The notes under the pieces are model-generated. The model was not told the origin of the DNA. It was given only the letters and a program-made list of their open reading frames with translations, and did no database searches. From positions 128,001 to 192,000 of the IMG/VR virus record IMGVR_UViG_3300030419_006251: a DNA stretch of 64,000 nt; one strand, given 5' to 3'. Positions 11,197-21,501 of this stretch are shown one piece after another. Each line of letters opens with the position of its first letter. Positions within the stretch are counted from its first letter, which is position 1. This DNA comes from a virus (lineage: Duplodnaviria > Caudoviricetes). The position numbers and the translations under genes were made by a program.

Positions 11197-11933
11197 TTTT
11201 CCCTAAAATTCTTGTATTTTATTCTAAGTTTTTTTAGATTATTAACGACCTGTTTTGTATTAAGACCGGTTATTTCTCTAAGGTATAAGTAAATAGCCTT
11301 TTTGTTAAAAATTTCTATATCATCAGTATTCGAAAGTAAAATTTTTACAGCCTCTAAAACCTTTTTTTCATTTTCTTTTAGATTTCCAGTATCCCATGTA
11401 TCGATCTCTTTCCACAAAAATTCCCAAAATTCTTGTTCTTTTCTCTTGTCATAATACCCATGTTGAGCCACCAAATTTTCATATTCATATTCTTCTCGAC
11501 TCGTAATATCTTCTAAATGAACTTCTCGTTTCATTTGAGATGAATTTTTCTTAACTTTATGAATAAACCAGTTTTTTGTTATAACACTAAAATAAGAAAA
11601 GGCCTTAGAGCCTTTATTTGGATCATATTTGTCTAGTATCATAGTTAACCACACCTTACATTCAGCCCTTAAATCATCTATATTTGGAAGTGTAGTAAAT
11701 TTATAAGTATAAACAATTTTGTCAACCATTTCGTCAAACGCCGGCTGTATTAGATTAACATATAATTCTGTTCTTTCTTTCATGCATTGTGTATTGGCGT
11801 ATTTTATTATGGCATCTTCGTGCTCTTGAGTAAAATAGTGTCTTCCTTTTTTGCTGCGTCGGCGACGGCGGCGTTTAGGCGCTTCGTTCTTCTTCGTCAT
11901 CGTATGGTAATTCCTCTTCATCATCAGGCTCAT
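11175..11933 (-). CDS. Putative phage late-transcription sigma factor-like protein
   Basis: YFTQEHEDAIIKY...YDPNKGSKAFSYFSVITKNW resembles sigma region 2 of phage (gp55-like) sigma factors. Confidence 0.55.
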   Translation of the reverse strand: MSLMMKRNYHTMTKKNEAPKRRRRRRSKKGRHYFTQEHEDAIIKYANTQCMKERTELYVNLIQPAFDEMVDKIVYTYKFTTLPNIDDLRAECKVWLTMILDKYDPNKGSKAFSYFSVITKNWFIHKVKKNSSQMKREVHLEDITSREEYEYENLVAQHGYYDKRKEQEFWEFLWKEIDTWDTGNLKENEKKVLEAVKILLSNTDDIEIFNKKAIYLYLREITGLNTKQVVNNLKKLRIKYKNFREKWNKGDI

Positions 11934-12231
11934 CTTGTTCTGCCTCCAGATCCGTAGTTAGTGTGTATATAGATTCAAACTGCTCTATTTCCTCAACAAC
12001 AGCAGCTGTATGTTGCAATAGAGATTGAAGCGTTTCATCGCCATAAAATGTTTCCATATTATATACGGTATCTAGATGATTTGCATAATTGTCAACGACA
12101 ATCATAAAATCTCCCATACTTTCTGACACATAAAGAAGTTTACTCAGTATTCCTCTTATGTACCAAACTAAAAACGCTGTGGTGCTAAAGAAAAAGAAAC
12201 ACAATACACTTAATATAATAACCGTTTTCAT
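11875..12231 (-). CDS. Hypothetical membrane-anchored protein
   Basis: N-terminal hydrophobic helix, acidic tail. Confidence 0.55.
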   Translation of the reverse strand: MKTVIILSVLCFFFFSTTAFLVWYIRGILSKLLYVSESMGDFMIVVDNYANHLDTVYNMETFYGDETLQSLLQHTAAVVEEIEQFESIYTLTTDLEAEQDEPDDEEELPYDDEEERSA

Positions 12232-12488
12232 TCTTTGTATTCCTCTTCTTTGTATTGCCTCTTTTCGGCCTTGATCTCTTCTGAAGCTTCTTTGATAAAC
12301 CTATCAACAAGTTCTCCTGGCTTCTGCTTTTGATTGGGCTTCTTAGATATAGTGGTCACAGGAAATGGAATCCTGTTTAAAGAACCGCTAACCTCACAAG
12401 CCTCACAATCATATTTTTTATCTGTGATGGGGTGGATTATTTCAATCGCAACATCACAGTTCTTACATTCATAATAATATTTGGGCAT
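12228..12488 (-). CDS. FmdB-family zinc-ribbon protein
   Basis: MPKYYYECKNC...CEAC, the typical MPxYxYxCxxC-CxxC pattern. Confidence 0.8.
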   Translation of the reverse strand: MPKYYYECKNCDVAIEIIHPITDKKYDCEACEVSGSLNRIPFPVTTISKKPNQKQKPGELVDRFIKEASEEIKAEKRQYKEEEYKE

Positions 12489-12497
12489 ATATTCCTA

Positions 12498-12695
12498 TTA
12501 GGTCTTTACAGTGTCGGCAAAATTTACTTTAACTGTCGGAGGGTTTGTTACCAAAAGCTCTTCTTCTGCTCCATCAGTTGGAGTTAACTCAAATGCTTTT
12601 AATACCGGCACAATATCCGATTGCTCTAATAAAGACTTTTGCAGGGCCATCATAATAGCTCCCAAAGCCTGATCGCTAAGTTTGAAAGTTGTCAT
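12498..12695 (-). CDS. Hypothetical protein
   Basis: RBS AAGGAG upstream; 65 aa. Confidence 0.6.
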   Translation of the reverse strand: MTTFKLSDQALGAIMMALQKSLLEQSDIVPVLKAFELTPTDGAEEELLVTNPPTVKVNFADTVKT

Positions 12696-12721
12696 ATTAT
12701 TCTCCTTTTTTATATTTTAGG

Positions 12722-13714
12722 CTATATGCCTCTTTGAAATAAATCTTTTAAATCCGCTTCATACATCATAGCAGCTAACTCTTTGAAATTAACTTTTGGC
12801 TGCCATCCTAAAACTTCCTTCGCTTTAGTAGGATCTCCTAATAGAAGCGGAACTTCGTGTGGTCTAAATAGTCGCTCATCTATTTTAACATGTTTCTCTA
12901 TGCTTAAGCCGGCCTCTTCAAACACTGTCTCTAGAAATTCTCTAACAGTATGTGTTTCACCCGTTGCGATTACAAAATCATCAGGGGTTTCCTGTTGCAA
13001 CATGAGCCACATGGCTTCAACATAATCGCCGGCGAAACCCCAGTCTCTTTTTGCATCTAGGTTTCCTAAATATAGTGTATCTTCTAAACCAAGCTTAATT
13101 CTTGCAGCTGCTCTTGTAATCTTGCGTGTAACAAATGTTTCTCCTCTTCGTGGAGATTCGTGATTAAACAAAATTCCATTTGCTCCAAAAATATTGTAAC
13201 TTTCTCGATAATTCCGCACAATATTGTAAGCAAAGACTTTAGAACAAGCATATGGTGATGCCGGCATTAACCTAGTATCTTCATCTTGTGGATGAGCTGG
13301 ATTGTCTCCATACATCTCAGAGGACGATGCCTGATAAAACTTTGCCCATGGGCAAACATTTCTTACAGCTTCTAATAACCTGAGTGTTCCCATAGCAACA
13401 TAATTTGCTGTTTCTTCTGGAGTGTCAAAAGAGACTCGTACATGCGACTGTGCCGCTAAATTGTATACCTCGTCTGGTTTATATTTTGCCAATATTCTAT
13501 GCAAACATCCAGAATCGTTCACATTGCCGTATACTAAATCAAAATTTTCTATTTTGTCCGAGCTTTCAAATATATGATCGATCCGGTCTGTCGAAATTAG
13601 AGAAGTTCTTCTCTTCATCCCAATAACTCGATATCCTTTATCTATTAAAAAGTCTGCCAAATAAGAGCCGTCCTGTCCTGTAACTCCCGTAATTAATGCT
13701 TTTTTTTGTGTCAT
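12722..13714 (-). CDS. gmd: GDP-mannose 4,6-dehydratase
   Basis: [61 protein letters not shown]. Confidence 0.97.
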   Translation of the reverse strand: MTQKKALITGVTGQDGSYLADFLIDKGYRVIGMKRRTSLISTDRIDHIFESSDKIENFDLVYGNVNDSGCLHRILAKYKPDEVYNLAAQSHVRVSFDTPEETANYVAMGTLRLLEAVRNVCPWAKFYQASSSEMYGDNPAHPQDEDTRLMPASPYACSKVFAYNIVRNYRESYNIFGANGILFNHESPRRGETFVTRKITRAAARIKLGLEDTLYLGNLDAKRDWGFAGDYVEAMWLMLQQETPDDFVIATGETHTVREFLETVFEEAGLSIEKHVKIDERLFRPHEVPLLLGDPTKAKEVLGWQPKVNFKELAAMMYEADLKDLFQRGI

Positions 13715-14637
13715 TTTGTTCCTCTAATGTTTGGATAATTTGTTAAAAACCAATCACATGAATTTTTAAGTGCTGTTTCGAAGTTTGTATACATGTTTTT
13801 ACGCCATCCTAACTGTAATAAGCTTTGATTGGTTGATGGCTTTCGAAACTGTCCTGACGGCTTAGATGTGTCCCATATAATTGAATTATGGTACTCAAGA
13901 TTGTGCGCTATCATCTGAGCTATAGTGCCGATTGAATATTCTCCCGTGTCTCCCACATTGATTGGGGCGCGGCCATCGTAATGTTCTAATAGAAATAATA
14001 AAATATTTGCTAAATCGACCGAATATGTAAATTCTCTCAGAGGAGTGCCATCACCCCATAATACAACATTCTCATTCTTTTGTTTAGCATTATACATTTT
14101 ATGTATTAAGGCAGGAATTACATGCGAGTCGTTTAAATCGTAATTGTCGTTTTCTCCGAATAAATTATTCGGTACCGCAGTAATAAAATTACAACCATAT
14201 TGATCGCGATAGGCCTGCGATTGTATATCCAACATACGCTTTGCGTGCGCATACGCATAATTTGACTTGTGCGGAGATCCACTATGAATTTGTTCTTCGG
14301 TTAAAGGATACATAACATTGTCTGGGTATATACATGTGCTCAAAAGTGACAGAACTTTTTCTGCTTTATGTTTATGTGCACTATCAAGCACATTTGTATT
14401 AATCCTAATATTATCAGAATAAAAATCTCCTAGATTCTCCATATTTGCTTTGATGCCACCGACTTTTGCTGCCAAATGAATCACTTGTTCTGGCTGATGT
14501 GTCCTAAACATTTCTTCGGCTTGTCGACGATCTCGTAAATCATAATCTGTAGAAGCTACAAAGGTTGCTTCTGGGATCAAGCGCTTAAGAGCGTGACCGA
14601 CCATACCCGAACCTCCAGTTACAAGAATTCTTTTCAT
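13711..14637 (-). CDS. fcl: GDP-L-fucose synthase
   Basis: [51 protein letters not shown]; coupled to gmd. Confidence 0.93.
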   Translation of the reverse strand: MKRILVTGGSGMVGHALKRLIPEATFVASTDYDLRDRRQAEEMFRTHQPEQVIHLAAKVGGIKANMENLGDFYSDNIRINTNVLDSAHKHKAEKVLSLLSTCIYPDNVMYPLTEEQIHSGSPHKSNYAYAHAKRMLDIQSQAYRDQYGCNFITAVPNNLFGENDNYDLNDSHVIPALIHKMYNAKQKNENVVLWGDGTPLREFTYSVDLANILLFLLEHYDGRAPINVGDTGEYSIGTIAQMIAHNLEYHNSIIWDTSKPSGQFRKPSTNQSLLQLGWRKNMYTNFETALKNSCDWFLTNYPNIRGTK

Positions 14638-15561
14638 TTATTCACTCGCATATTCCATAATAGTTGGGTAGTAGTATTTATCGAAATAAACATCAGGTTT
14701 GTGATTTTCATTATAATCCTTATATGCTCTTTCTCCATAATCTTTATATCTTTCGTTCTCTAACATATACACAATTTTATCTTCTAAATCTTGAAAATCA
14801 TCTTGTATAACACAATAGTCTGTAAATGGCATATGCTCTTCCGATACCGACTTATTTCTCATCTTTGGCATTATTATTCCAGCTTTGCAACTAGCTAATT
14901 GCCAAATTCTCCATGCATCGTATGAATTCCCAAAATAGTGTAGTCCTATTTTACATCGATTTGCAGAATATTTAAAGGCATCCGACTGTAAGCCTCCGTG
15001 CGGATTCCAATCCTCAAAATTTAAAGCCCAATTTAAATGCTTTAGATTTCCTTCGGATAATTTTAAAACATGCTCATTAAACGGGCGACGACGAATATTG
15101 GTCATATTTGCCATAAAAAATATATCTATTGGACGGCCGTCTTTTTCTGCTTCAGGGTCTCTTAGTGAGTCAATAACAAAATGGAAAGGTTCTATTGGCG
15201 TATGTGGCCACATATTTACAGTCTGATCCGTTAATTCTCGCTGCATAATTAAGTCTGGTTTTCTATTACTCCAAATTTGCACATGTTCATGGTCTGTGGT
15301 ATCGTGCTGAATTAGAAAGGCGTCTTGAAAATAGTTGTTAATTAAGTGATTTGTGATTGGTATCGTATCGTTTTCGTGCAAATATAATACTACATTCTTA
15401 TATGTGTGTTCTGGGCCATGTTTTAATATATTGTCTGCGAATGGTCTTAGGGTTTTTTCATCTATGATATCAATCGTGTGACCCTTTTTGGCAAATGATT
15501 CAAACAAGAAAGTAGAATTTTTGACAAACGAATAATTAAAAAATAAAAAATCTTTATGCAT
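14638..15561 (-). CDS. Putative glycosyltransferase (GT-B, CgeB/YkvP-like C-terminus)
   Basis: C-terminal CKIGLHYFG...RIWQLASC...DLEDKIVYML pattern. Start moved to the ATG at 15561 (RBS GGAG). Confidence 0.55.
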   Translation of the reverse strand: MHKDFLFFNYSFVKNSTFLFESFAKKGHTIDIIDEKTLRPFADNILKHGPEHTYKNVVLYLHENDTIPITNHLINNYFQDAFLIQHDTTDHEHVQIWSNRKPDLIMQRELTDQTVNMWPHTPIEPFHFVIDSLRDPEAEKDGRPIDIFFMANMTNIRRRPFNEHVLKLSEGNLKHLNWALNFEDWNPHGGLQSDAFKYSANRCKIGLHYFGNSYDAWRIWQLASCKAGIIMPKMRNKSVSEEHMPFTDYCVIQDDFQDLEDKIVYMLENERYKDYGERAYKDYNENHKPDVYFDKYYYPTIMEYASE

Positions 15562-15982
15562 ATTTTCTCCATAATAAAGCATAATCTGTACACACTCCGT
15601 ACAGATTAGGATAAGTTTCAGTTGGGGCATTTAAATGAACTGTTATTCCATTTTGAATATAGTTTTCCGGATAACACCAAATATGACCTTTGCTTGTCTG
15701 TGTCATAACATCACTTTCATGCCAAAACCAATTAAAGTTAGTTTTTTGTAGCTGTTCTACAGCTTCAATGTTTTTACAGTGCAACCACATTCGCGGATCA
15801 AAAAAGTTTTGACTAACTTCATATGTTGGTAAATCGTGACCTAAAAACCATTTTTCGCTGGTAAACCACACATCTACCTCTACATCGAACCCCAAAGCTA
15901 TAGCTGTTAACAAATATTCTGGCCTGTTCTCTTTGCTCGGATCAGCGCCACTTATGTTTCCTCGGTGTGATATTATATGCAC
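15554..15982 (-). CDS. PLC-like/glycerophosphodiester phosphodiesterase-like protein
   Basis: IISHRGN, DVEVDV, FLGHD, WLHCKN motifs. Confidence 0.7.
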   Translation of the reverse strand: MHIISHRGNISGADPSKENRPEYLLTAIALGFDVEVDVWFTSEKWFLGHDLPTYEVSQNFFDPRMWLHCKNIEAVEQLQKTNFNWFWHESDVMTQTSKGHIWCYPENYIQNGITVHLNAPTETYPNLYGVCTDYALLWRKYA

Positions 15983-15983
15983 C

Positions 15984-16709
15984 CTATCTCCTGTGTCTCC
16001 AGTTATTTAAAAATTTTGTAAGATCTTCTGGCGTTCCCAGGCCCCACATTTCAGATACATAAAATGGGATCAATGACTTACCATCTTGGATTAGTTCGTT
16101 ATAAACTGGAGCAATATAAAATTCATTATTGACTCGTATATCTTTCTCAATCATTTGTTTCGCATATTTAACAAAATCTGAGCCTTTACGATACCAATAA
16201 ATTCCACAAGTCGCAATATTTGAAATTGGTCGCTTTTCTGCTACCTCTGTAATAAATCCACGAGAATTTGTTTTTACAAAAGACCATTTTGGATGTACAG
16301 CATTGAAAGTAAACACAATCCCATCAACACTTGTAAGGCTCTTAAGTGTATCAAAATTATCTGGCTCATATTGAATAAACTGATCCGAATTTGCAATTAA
16401 AAGACTTTCATCGTTGTCAATATATTTTTCAGCTAAAAGCGCTGTGCAGGCGGCCCCTTCGGTTAATCCATTAACTGTTACATAATTGAAACGACCATTT
16501 GTAATTCTATCCAGCGTATCTAAAAGTCCAGAGTATTTCTGTACATGCTCTTCTCTAACAAGAAAAATATAATCACAATCAAAATCTAAATTTTCTACAA
16601 CGGATTGTATCATAGGCTTGCCAGCAACATCAATTAATGGCTTTGGAAAAGTATATCCCTCTTTTGCAAACCTGCTGCCTTCACCGGCCATTGGAATCAA
16701 GATCTTCAT
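15984..16709 (-). CDS. Sugar-phosphate nucleotidyltransferase
   Basis: ILIPMAGEGSRF...PKPLIDV (GxGxR/PKP motif). Confidence 0.88.
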   Translation of the reverse strand: MKILIPMAGEGSRFAKEGYTFPKPLIDVAGKPMIQSVVENLDFDCDYIFLVREEHVQKYSGLLDTLDRITNGRFNYVTVNGLTEGAACTALLAEKYIDNDESLLIANSDQFIQYEPDNFDTLKSLTSVDGIVFTFNAVHPKWSFVKTNSRGFITEVAEKRPISNIATCGIYWYRKGSDFVKYAKQMIEKDIRVNNEFYIAPVYNELIQDGKSLIPFYVSEMWGLGTPEDLTKFLNNWRHRR

Positions 16710-17316
16710 TTAAATACTCCTTAAATAATTTTATACATACATCATCAGGATTTTTGACCTGTATGATATTACAGCCAGAGGCAAGTGCCGCGGCCATTCC
16801 TTTGGGCGAATCCTCTACAATCAGCATAGAAGACTTGTCTATTTGAAAATGTTCCAAAACTTTAAGATACCCTTCTGGATGTGGTTTTGGATTTTTCACA
16901 TCTTGGTTAGTGATCACCAATTCAAACAAGTCAAAAATGCCGGTTTTTTGCAGCATTAAATCAGCAGTCATTCTGATACTGTTAGTATAGCATGCCACAT
17001 GTAATTGTCTATCTTTTAGCCAATTAATTAAATCTACTTTTTCTTGTCGTAATTCGGCATTTTCAGAAATAATTTTAACTGTCTTCTCTTGCTTCAAATC
17101 ATATACTCGCTCATGTTGTTCTTTGTTTAATATTCCCATTTCTGTTAGTTTGTTTAATTTTACTTTTGTAGGAATTCCATTAAAAGTTTTATAATGATCT
17201 TCGAGAGATATCTCATAATTGCATATTTCTTTTAACGATTCGTTCAAAGCAACTCGATGCCATTCACATGCGTCGACAAGCACCCCATCTAAATCGAATG
17301 TAACTAACCTAATCAC
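16681..17316 (-). CDS. HAD-family phosphatase (beta-PGM-like)
   Basis: FDLDGVL, KPHPEGY, VEDS motifs. Confidence 0.88.
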   Translation of the reverse strand: MIRLVTFDLDGVLVDACEWHRVALNESLKEICNYEISLEDHYKTFNGIPTKVKLNKLTEMGILNKEQHERVYDLKQEKTVKIISENAELRQEKVDLINWLKDRQLHVACYTNSIRMTADLMLQKTGIFDLFELVITNQDVKNPKPHPEGYLKVLEHFQIDKSSMLIVEDSPKGMAAALASGCNIIQVKNPDDVCIKLFKEYLNEDLDSNGR

Positions 17317-17668
17317 CTTTCATAATCCTGTGGCTGTCGCTGTCAAAGTGTTGTGTAGAAAATTCAAAAAGCTCTGTATCTTCTAATGCTATCATTTGAT
17401 GTCGAAGGCCACGATATACATGAAAGTTGTCGCCGCGCTCCAATATTAGCTCTTCTGCTTCTGCTATGTCATCTTTCTCAGAATATTTTACCAGCATTTT
17501 TCCAGATTGTATATAAAAAACCTCGTCTTTTAACTTATGATAATGCCAAGAGCAGCGCTTTCCCTTTACAAAATAAAGAAGTTTGCCACAGTATTCGTCA
17601 TTATTAACAATCCATTTTTCAAAGCCCCAACCTTTAGGGACAAAATTCATTTCTAAAGAAGTCTTCAT
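17309..17668 (-). CDS. Cupin-fold sugar isomerase-like protein
   Basis: VPKGWG, SWHYHKLKDEVFY, HQM cupin metal motifs. Confidence 0.8.
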   Translation of the reverse strand: MKTSLEMNFVPKGWGFEKWIVNNDEYCGKLLYFVKGKRCSWHYHKLKDEVFYIQSGKMLVKYSEKDDIAEAEELILERGDNFHVYRGLRHQMIALEDTELFEFSTQHFDSDSHRIMKGD

Positions 17669-17975
17669 CTCTTATTCCTCTGTCATCGACATAAATATCG
17701 CCGGCAGGTTTTCCCAAAAAGAGCATATGGTGTTTTACGCCCCATTCTTTTAGCTGCGCAGCTGTTTTATCATATAAATCTTTAATGGCCTTTTCGGCAT
17801 CATTGTTGTGTCTTCCCATTCCGCGGGCAGTCTGCATTATAATTGTGTTGCCCTGTTCATATAAAGCGTTAACAACCTTTACTCTTTCGACTATAGGCAT
17901 TGCTTTTTCGTATTCACCATAAGTGTTTGTACATATAGTTCCATCGATATCAAAAACATATGTCATTTTATCCAC
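17634..17975 (-). CDS. HAD-like capsule-biosynthesis phosphatase
   Basis: FDIDGTIC, TARG, GKPAGDIYVDDR. Confidence 0.8.
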   Translation of the reverse strand: MDKMTYVFDIDGTICTNTYGEYEKAMPIVERVKVVNALYEQGNTIIMQTARGMGRHNNDAEKAIKDLYDKTAAQLKEWGVKHHMLFLGKPAGDIYVDDRGIRDEDFFRNEFCP

Positions 17976-18631
17976 CTTTCAAAGTCTTTCATAAAGCCCT
18001 CTACAGATTCATCAGTTTTAACATGCGAGGTAGCCTTTTTAATAACAGAATACCCTGCTGTTACTATGTGGCATCCTTGGTTCCAACAATTAGATAAATC
18101 ATATGCATTGCGTATAGAGCCTGCGATGATTTCGCAATCTAATTTGTTATCATCGATAAACTTACGAGTTCTTCGAAGTACTTCGAGCGGATCTCCACCA
18201 ACATCTATTAGTCGGTTATAAAATAGTGAAACATATCGAGCCCCGGAAAGGGCTGCTAGTTGCAATTGTGTATCGCTAAAACAACAAGTACAATTAACTC
18301 GGATTCCTTGTTTTTTAAGTTGATCTATTACTCTTAATTCTTCAAAGCCTACAGGAATCTTAATATTCAAGTTCTTATAATCTATTCTTTCGCATATTTC
18401 AACAGCTTGTAATATCATGGAATCCGGCTCAGTAGCAAATACTTCAACCGAGACCGGGATGTCTACGCCGTACTGTACACACAAATCACAAATTTTTTGT
18501 ATGTGGTCATAAAAGTCTGTTTTTGGTTCTTTAGCCAAAAGGGAAGGATTAGTAGTTATCCCTTGTATGACTCCCTTTTGTAATAAGCTTTCTATTTCTT
18601 TCAAATTAGCAGTATCTGCAAATAATTTCAT
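17963..18631 (-). CDS. tal: Transaldolase (TalC/FSA family)
   Basis: FADTAN, GITTNPSLL, Schiff-base lysine in IKIP, VNCT, IIAGSIR. Confidence 0.9.
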   Translation of the reverse strand: MKLFADTANLKEIESLLQKGVIQGITTNPSLLAKEPKTDFYDHIQKICDLCVQYGVDIPVSVEVFATEPDSMILQAVEICERIDYKNLNIKIPVGFEELRVIDQLKKQGIRVNCTCCFSDTQLQLAALSGARYVSLFYNRLIDVGGDPLEVLRRTRKFIDDNKLDCEIIAGSIRNAYDLSNCWNQGCHIVTAGYSVIKKATSHVKTDESVEGFMKDFERWIK

Positions 18632-18632
18632 T

Positions 18633-19043
18633 TTATTCCTCGATGTGTTTATAGGTTTTGCCGTCTTCTACGATATGTGAGTCTCCATCGTCGTCCAGTG
18701 TTGAAAACTCAATAATTACGGTATCTTCTAATGCGATTCTCATATGCATAAATCCAACAGGTATATGAAAGACATCTCCTTCATTTAAGATAAGCGAGGT
18801 GTTCTTGGCGCGACCTATCCTTGTTCCCACTTTAAGTTTTCCAGACTCTATGTAATATGATTCTTCTTTTTTTATATGATATTCCATACTACTTTGAGTG
18901 CCCTTCTTCATAAAAATTCTTTTAACTGTATAGTGTTCATTTTCGAAAAGAGTCTTCATATTTCCCCAATATTTATCGACCTCTTTTATAACTCCATGAA
19001 TTGGAGGCAATTCTTGTCTTCCATATTTTATATCATTGGCCAT
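18633..19043 (-). CDS. Second cupin-fold protein
   Basis: VDKYWG, SMEYHIKKEESYYI, FMHMR. Start moved to the ATG at 19043. Confidence 0.75.
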   Translation of the reverse strand: MANDIKYGRQELPPIHGVIKEVDKYWGNMKTLFENEHYTVKRIFMKKGTQSSMEYHIKKEESYYIESGKLKVGTRIGRAKNTSLILNEGDVFHIPVGFMHMRIALEDTVIIEFSTLDDDGDSHIVEDGKTYKHIEE

Positions 19044-19716
19044 AATATTTTTCTTTTCCATTCTTGCGAAAAAAGTGTTTATCAATAACATATTTTGGTA
19101 TACGCATACTGCTTGCTCCAATTAAAGTTAAACTCTTGTACGCCATCTCCGCAACCAACTCTAAAACATAGGCCGTTTCTAATGTTTGTTCTATCGATGG
19201 CCCCCAAATAAAAGCGCCGTGGCCGGAAACCAACGAACAAGGCATTCTTTTGTAGTCAATGCCAGATGATTTAAAATATTTACAAATTTCTACACCTGTT
19301 TCAAGTTCATAATTGGTTTCTATCTGTCGTCTGTTCGGGTGTGGAACACAGGGTATATCTCCATAAAAATAATCTGCGTGTGTTGTTCCCAAGCAGGGTA
19401 TTTGCCTATTAGCTTGTGCAAATGTAGTGCTGTATTTGGAATGTGTATGTACTATGCAATTAATATTATTGAAATTCTTATAGATCTCCAAATGTGTAGG
19501 TGTATCGACGGATGGTTTTTTGCCATCAATTTTTTGACCGTATATTGTCAAAACAGATATATCCTCTTCTGTCGCAGCATCTAAATCAACTCCAGATGGT
19601 TTTATATAGATTATATCTCCTTGCCTGTAACTCACATTTCCCCAAGTTAACTCTACCAAGTCTTTTTCGACAATCCACCTATTGGCCTTTAAAACTTCTT
19701 TCTTAATTGAGCGCAT
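19033..19716 (-). CDS. araD: L-ribulose-5-phosphate 4-epimerase-like (class II aldolase family)
   Basis: TWGNVS, IKPSGV, KPSVDTPTH, IVHTHS, GTTHADYF, GHG. Confidence 0.88.
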   Translation of the reverse strand: MRSIKKEVLKANRWIVEKDLVELTWGNVSYRQGDIIYIKPSGVDLDAATEEDISVLTIYGQKIDGKKPSVDTPTHLEIYKNFNNINCIVHTHSKYSTTFAQANRQIPCLGTTHADYFYGDIPCVPHPNRRQIETNYELETGVEICKYFKSSGIDYKRMPCSLVSGHGAFIWGPSIEQTLETAYVLELVAEMAYKSLTLIGASSMRIPKYVIDKHFFRKNGKEKYYGQ

Positions 19717-20635
19717 AGAAATCCTCGTATGTAGGAGGCTTAGTGCCCATATTCAATGTTGATGCAGCTGCCCATTTGTTGCAGAATTCAAGATCAAAAT
19801 CGGGATATTTTACAGCAAATGCTGCGAGGAACGAGTCGCCGGCGCCGCAAGAATCTTTCGCTTCTATTGGATATCCGCCATGATGAATTACTCTGTTGCC
19901 ATCATATAAAACGCTGCCGCGAGATCCTAAAGTAACACAGATTCCCGCTCTTAAATTTTCCGAAAGTTCTTTCAATTGATTTAATACTGGTTTAAATGAA
20001 TTTGATGGACAATACAAAGATTTAAGATTATTAGTTGCCTCAGTTTCGTTCATACAAATAAGATTCGAGCCGGCGAAATGAAAATATTGATTTTTTCCGT
20101 CTGATATTTGCGAACTAGCGATGACTTTTATATCCCTCTCTTTCAAAAGTGATATTAATTCTTGAGTTTGTTTGGCATTATTGAAGAACCCCTTTCTGTA
20201 ATCTACTAGTAGTGCTGTTTCAAAACTTTCATTGTTTATTTTGTCTTTTATTTGCTGGATGTGCTCATTAGTCAACGAAACCTGTTGACCTCTATTAACT
20301 TGTAAAAATTTATACTTATTATCACCCTTACTTATCCAATATCTTGATTTAACGGTATTTTTACCACTGTGTTCTATCAAATATAAATCAAGATTTTCCG
20401 ATTTCCAAGAATTGAGAACATCTTTGTGTGCATCTTGCCCATTAGCTGTAATAAAAGTGACCTTTGCTGATAGAGATAACAAGTTACTAACCACATTGGC
20501 CGCTCCTCCAAAAGTGTATTCTTCTTCTACGAACTCGGTTTTCATAGTCGGAGTTTCTAGCGATATACCTATTGGGTTGCAAAAAATAGAATGATCTATG
20601 ATTGTATCGCCTATAACCAATATATTATCTTTCAT
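19703..20635 (-). CDS. PfkB-family sugar kinase, HldE/RfaE kinase-domain-like
   Basis: ILVIGDTIID, GGAANV, DSCGAGDSF. Confidence 0.82.
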   Translation of the reverse strand: MKDNILVIGDTIIDHSIFCNPIGISLETPTMKTEFVEEEYTFGGAANVVSNLLSLSAKVTFITANGQDAHKDVLNSWKSENLDLYLIEHSGKNTVKSRYWISKGDNKYKFLQVNRGQQVSLTNEHIQQIKDKINNESFETALLVDYRKGFFNNAKQTQELISLLKERDIKVIASSQISDGKNQYFHFAGSNLICMNETEATNNLKSLYCPSNSFKPVLNQLKELSENLRAGICVTLGSRGSVLYDGNRVIHHGGYPIEAKDSCGAGDSFLAAFAVKYPDFDLEFCNKWAAASTLNMGTKPPTYEDFYALN

Positions 20636-21491
20636 GCTTATCCCAATGTTGCTTTTCGTGAATTTTCTTTATTACACTTGTGGTGGAATAATTTTCCAAA
20701 AATGGATAAATTTTGATATCAATATGTCGTGGGATTCCATCTCTGGCCCTGACTTCTTCGGAAGTCCACTCTCCACCTTTGACAACAATAGATGGATCAA
20801 TCGCCTCAATAATACCAATACTCTTTGTATTATCAAATATAACCACCTCATCGACACAATGCAAGGATTCTAGTATTTTTTTTCTGTCATTTTGATTATT
20901 AATCGGCCGATCTGGCCCTTTAAGTTGCCGAACACTATTATCAGAATTGATTCCTACCACCAATTTATCTCCGAGAGATTTAGAAAAATTCAGTAATTCA
21001 ATATGACCTGTGTGTAGGATATCGAAGACCCCGTTTGTAAAGACCACTCTTTTCTTCTTAGAAGATAGTTTTTCGACTCTCTTAACATGGCGACCTTCTC
21101 CAAACTTAGTTTGCAGCCACAAATCTAAAATTTTAAAGTTTTCTTCTTCAGAGGTAGTCCAGTGTCCTAAACATAATATATTTGAATCATTGTGTTCTCT
21201 GCATTTAGGGGCCGTAGTAACATTATGCACCAATGCTGCTCTGACTTTTTCAAATCGGTTTGCCGCTATGCTCATTCCGACTCCGGTGCCACATATCAAT
21301 ATACCACTCTGTATATCGTCGTTAGTCAACATTTGACTTAACTGGTTCGCATAGTCTACATAATCTACTTTTCTTGCCTCGTCAAATGGTCCAATATCTA
21401 CAGCAATAAAATTGTTTTCTTTGAGATATTTTCGTATTTTATTTTTTAATGCTATTCCGTTATGATCGGAGGAAAGTCCTATTATTTTCAT
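20625..21491 (-). CDS. Fusion of RpiB/LacAB sugar-phosphate isomerase and HldE/RfaE domain II nucleotidyltransferase
   Basis: N-half: SDHNG, ILICGTGVGMSIAANR, REHNDSNIL, FGEGRH. C-half: FTNGVFDILHTGH, VVGINSD, KGGEW, YSTT. Confidence 0.9.
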   Translation of the reverse strand: MKIIGLSSDHNGIALKNKIRKYLKENNFIAVDIGPFDEARKVDYVDYANQLSQMLTNDDIQSGILICGTGVGMSIAANRFEKVRAALVHNVTTAPKCREHNDSNILCLGHWTTSEEENFKILDLWLQTKFGEGRHVKRVEKLSSKKKRVVFTNGVFDILHTGHIELLNFSKSLGDKLVVGINSDNSVRQLKGPDRPINNQNDRKKILESLHCVDEVVIFDNTKSIGIIEAIDPSIVVKGGEWTSEEVRARDGIPRHIDIKIYPFLENYSTTSVIKKIHEKQHWDKHER

Positions 21492-21501
21492 ATCGCTCTC
21501 T

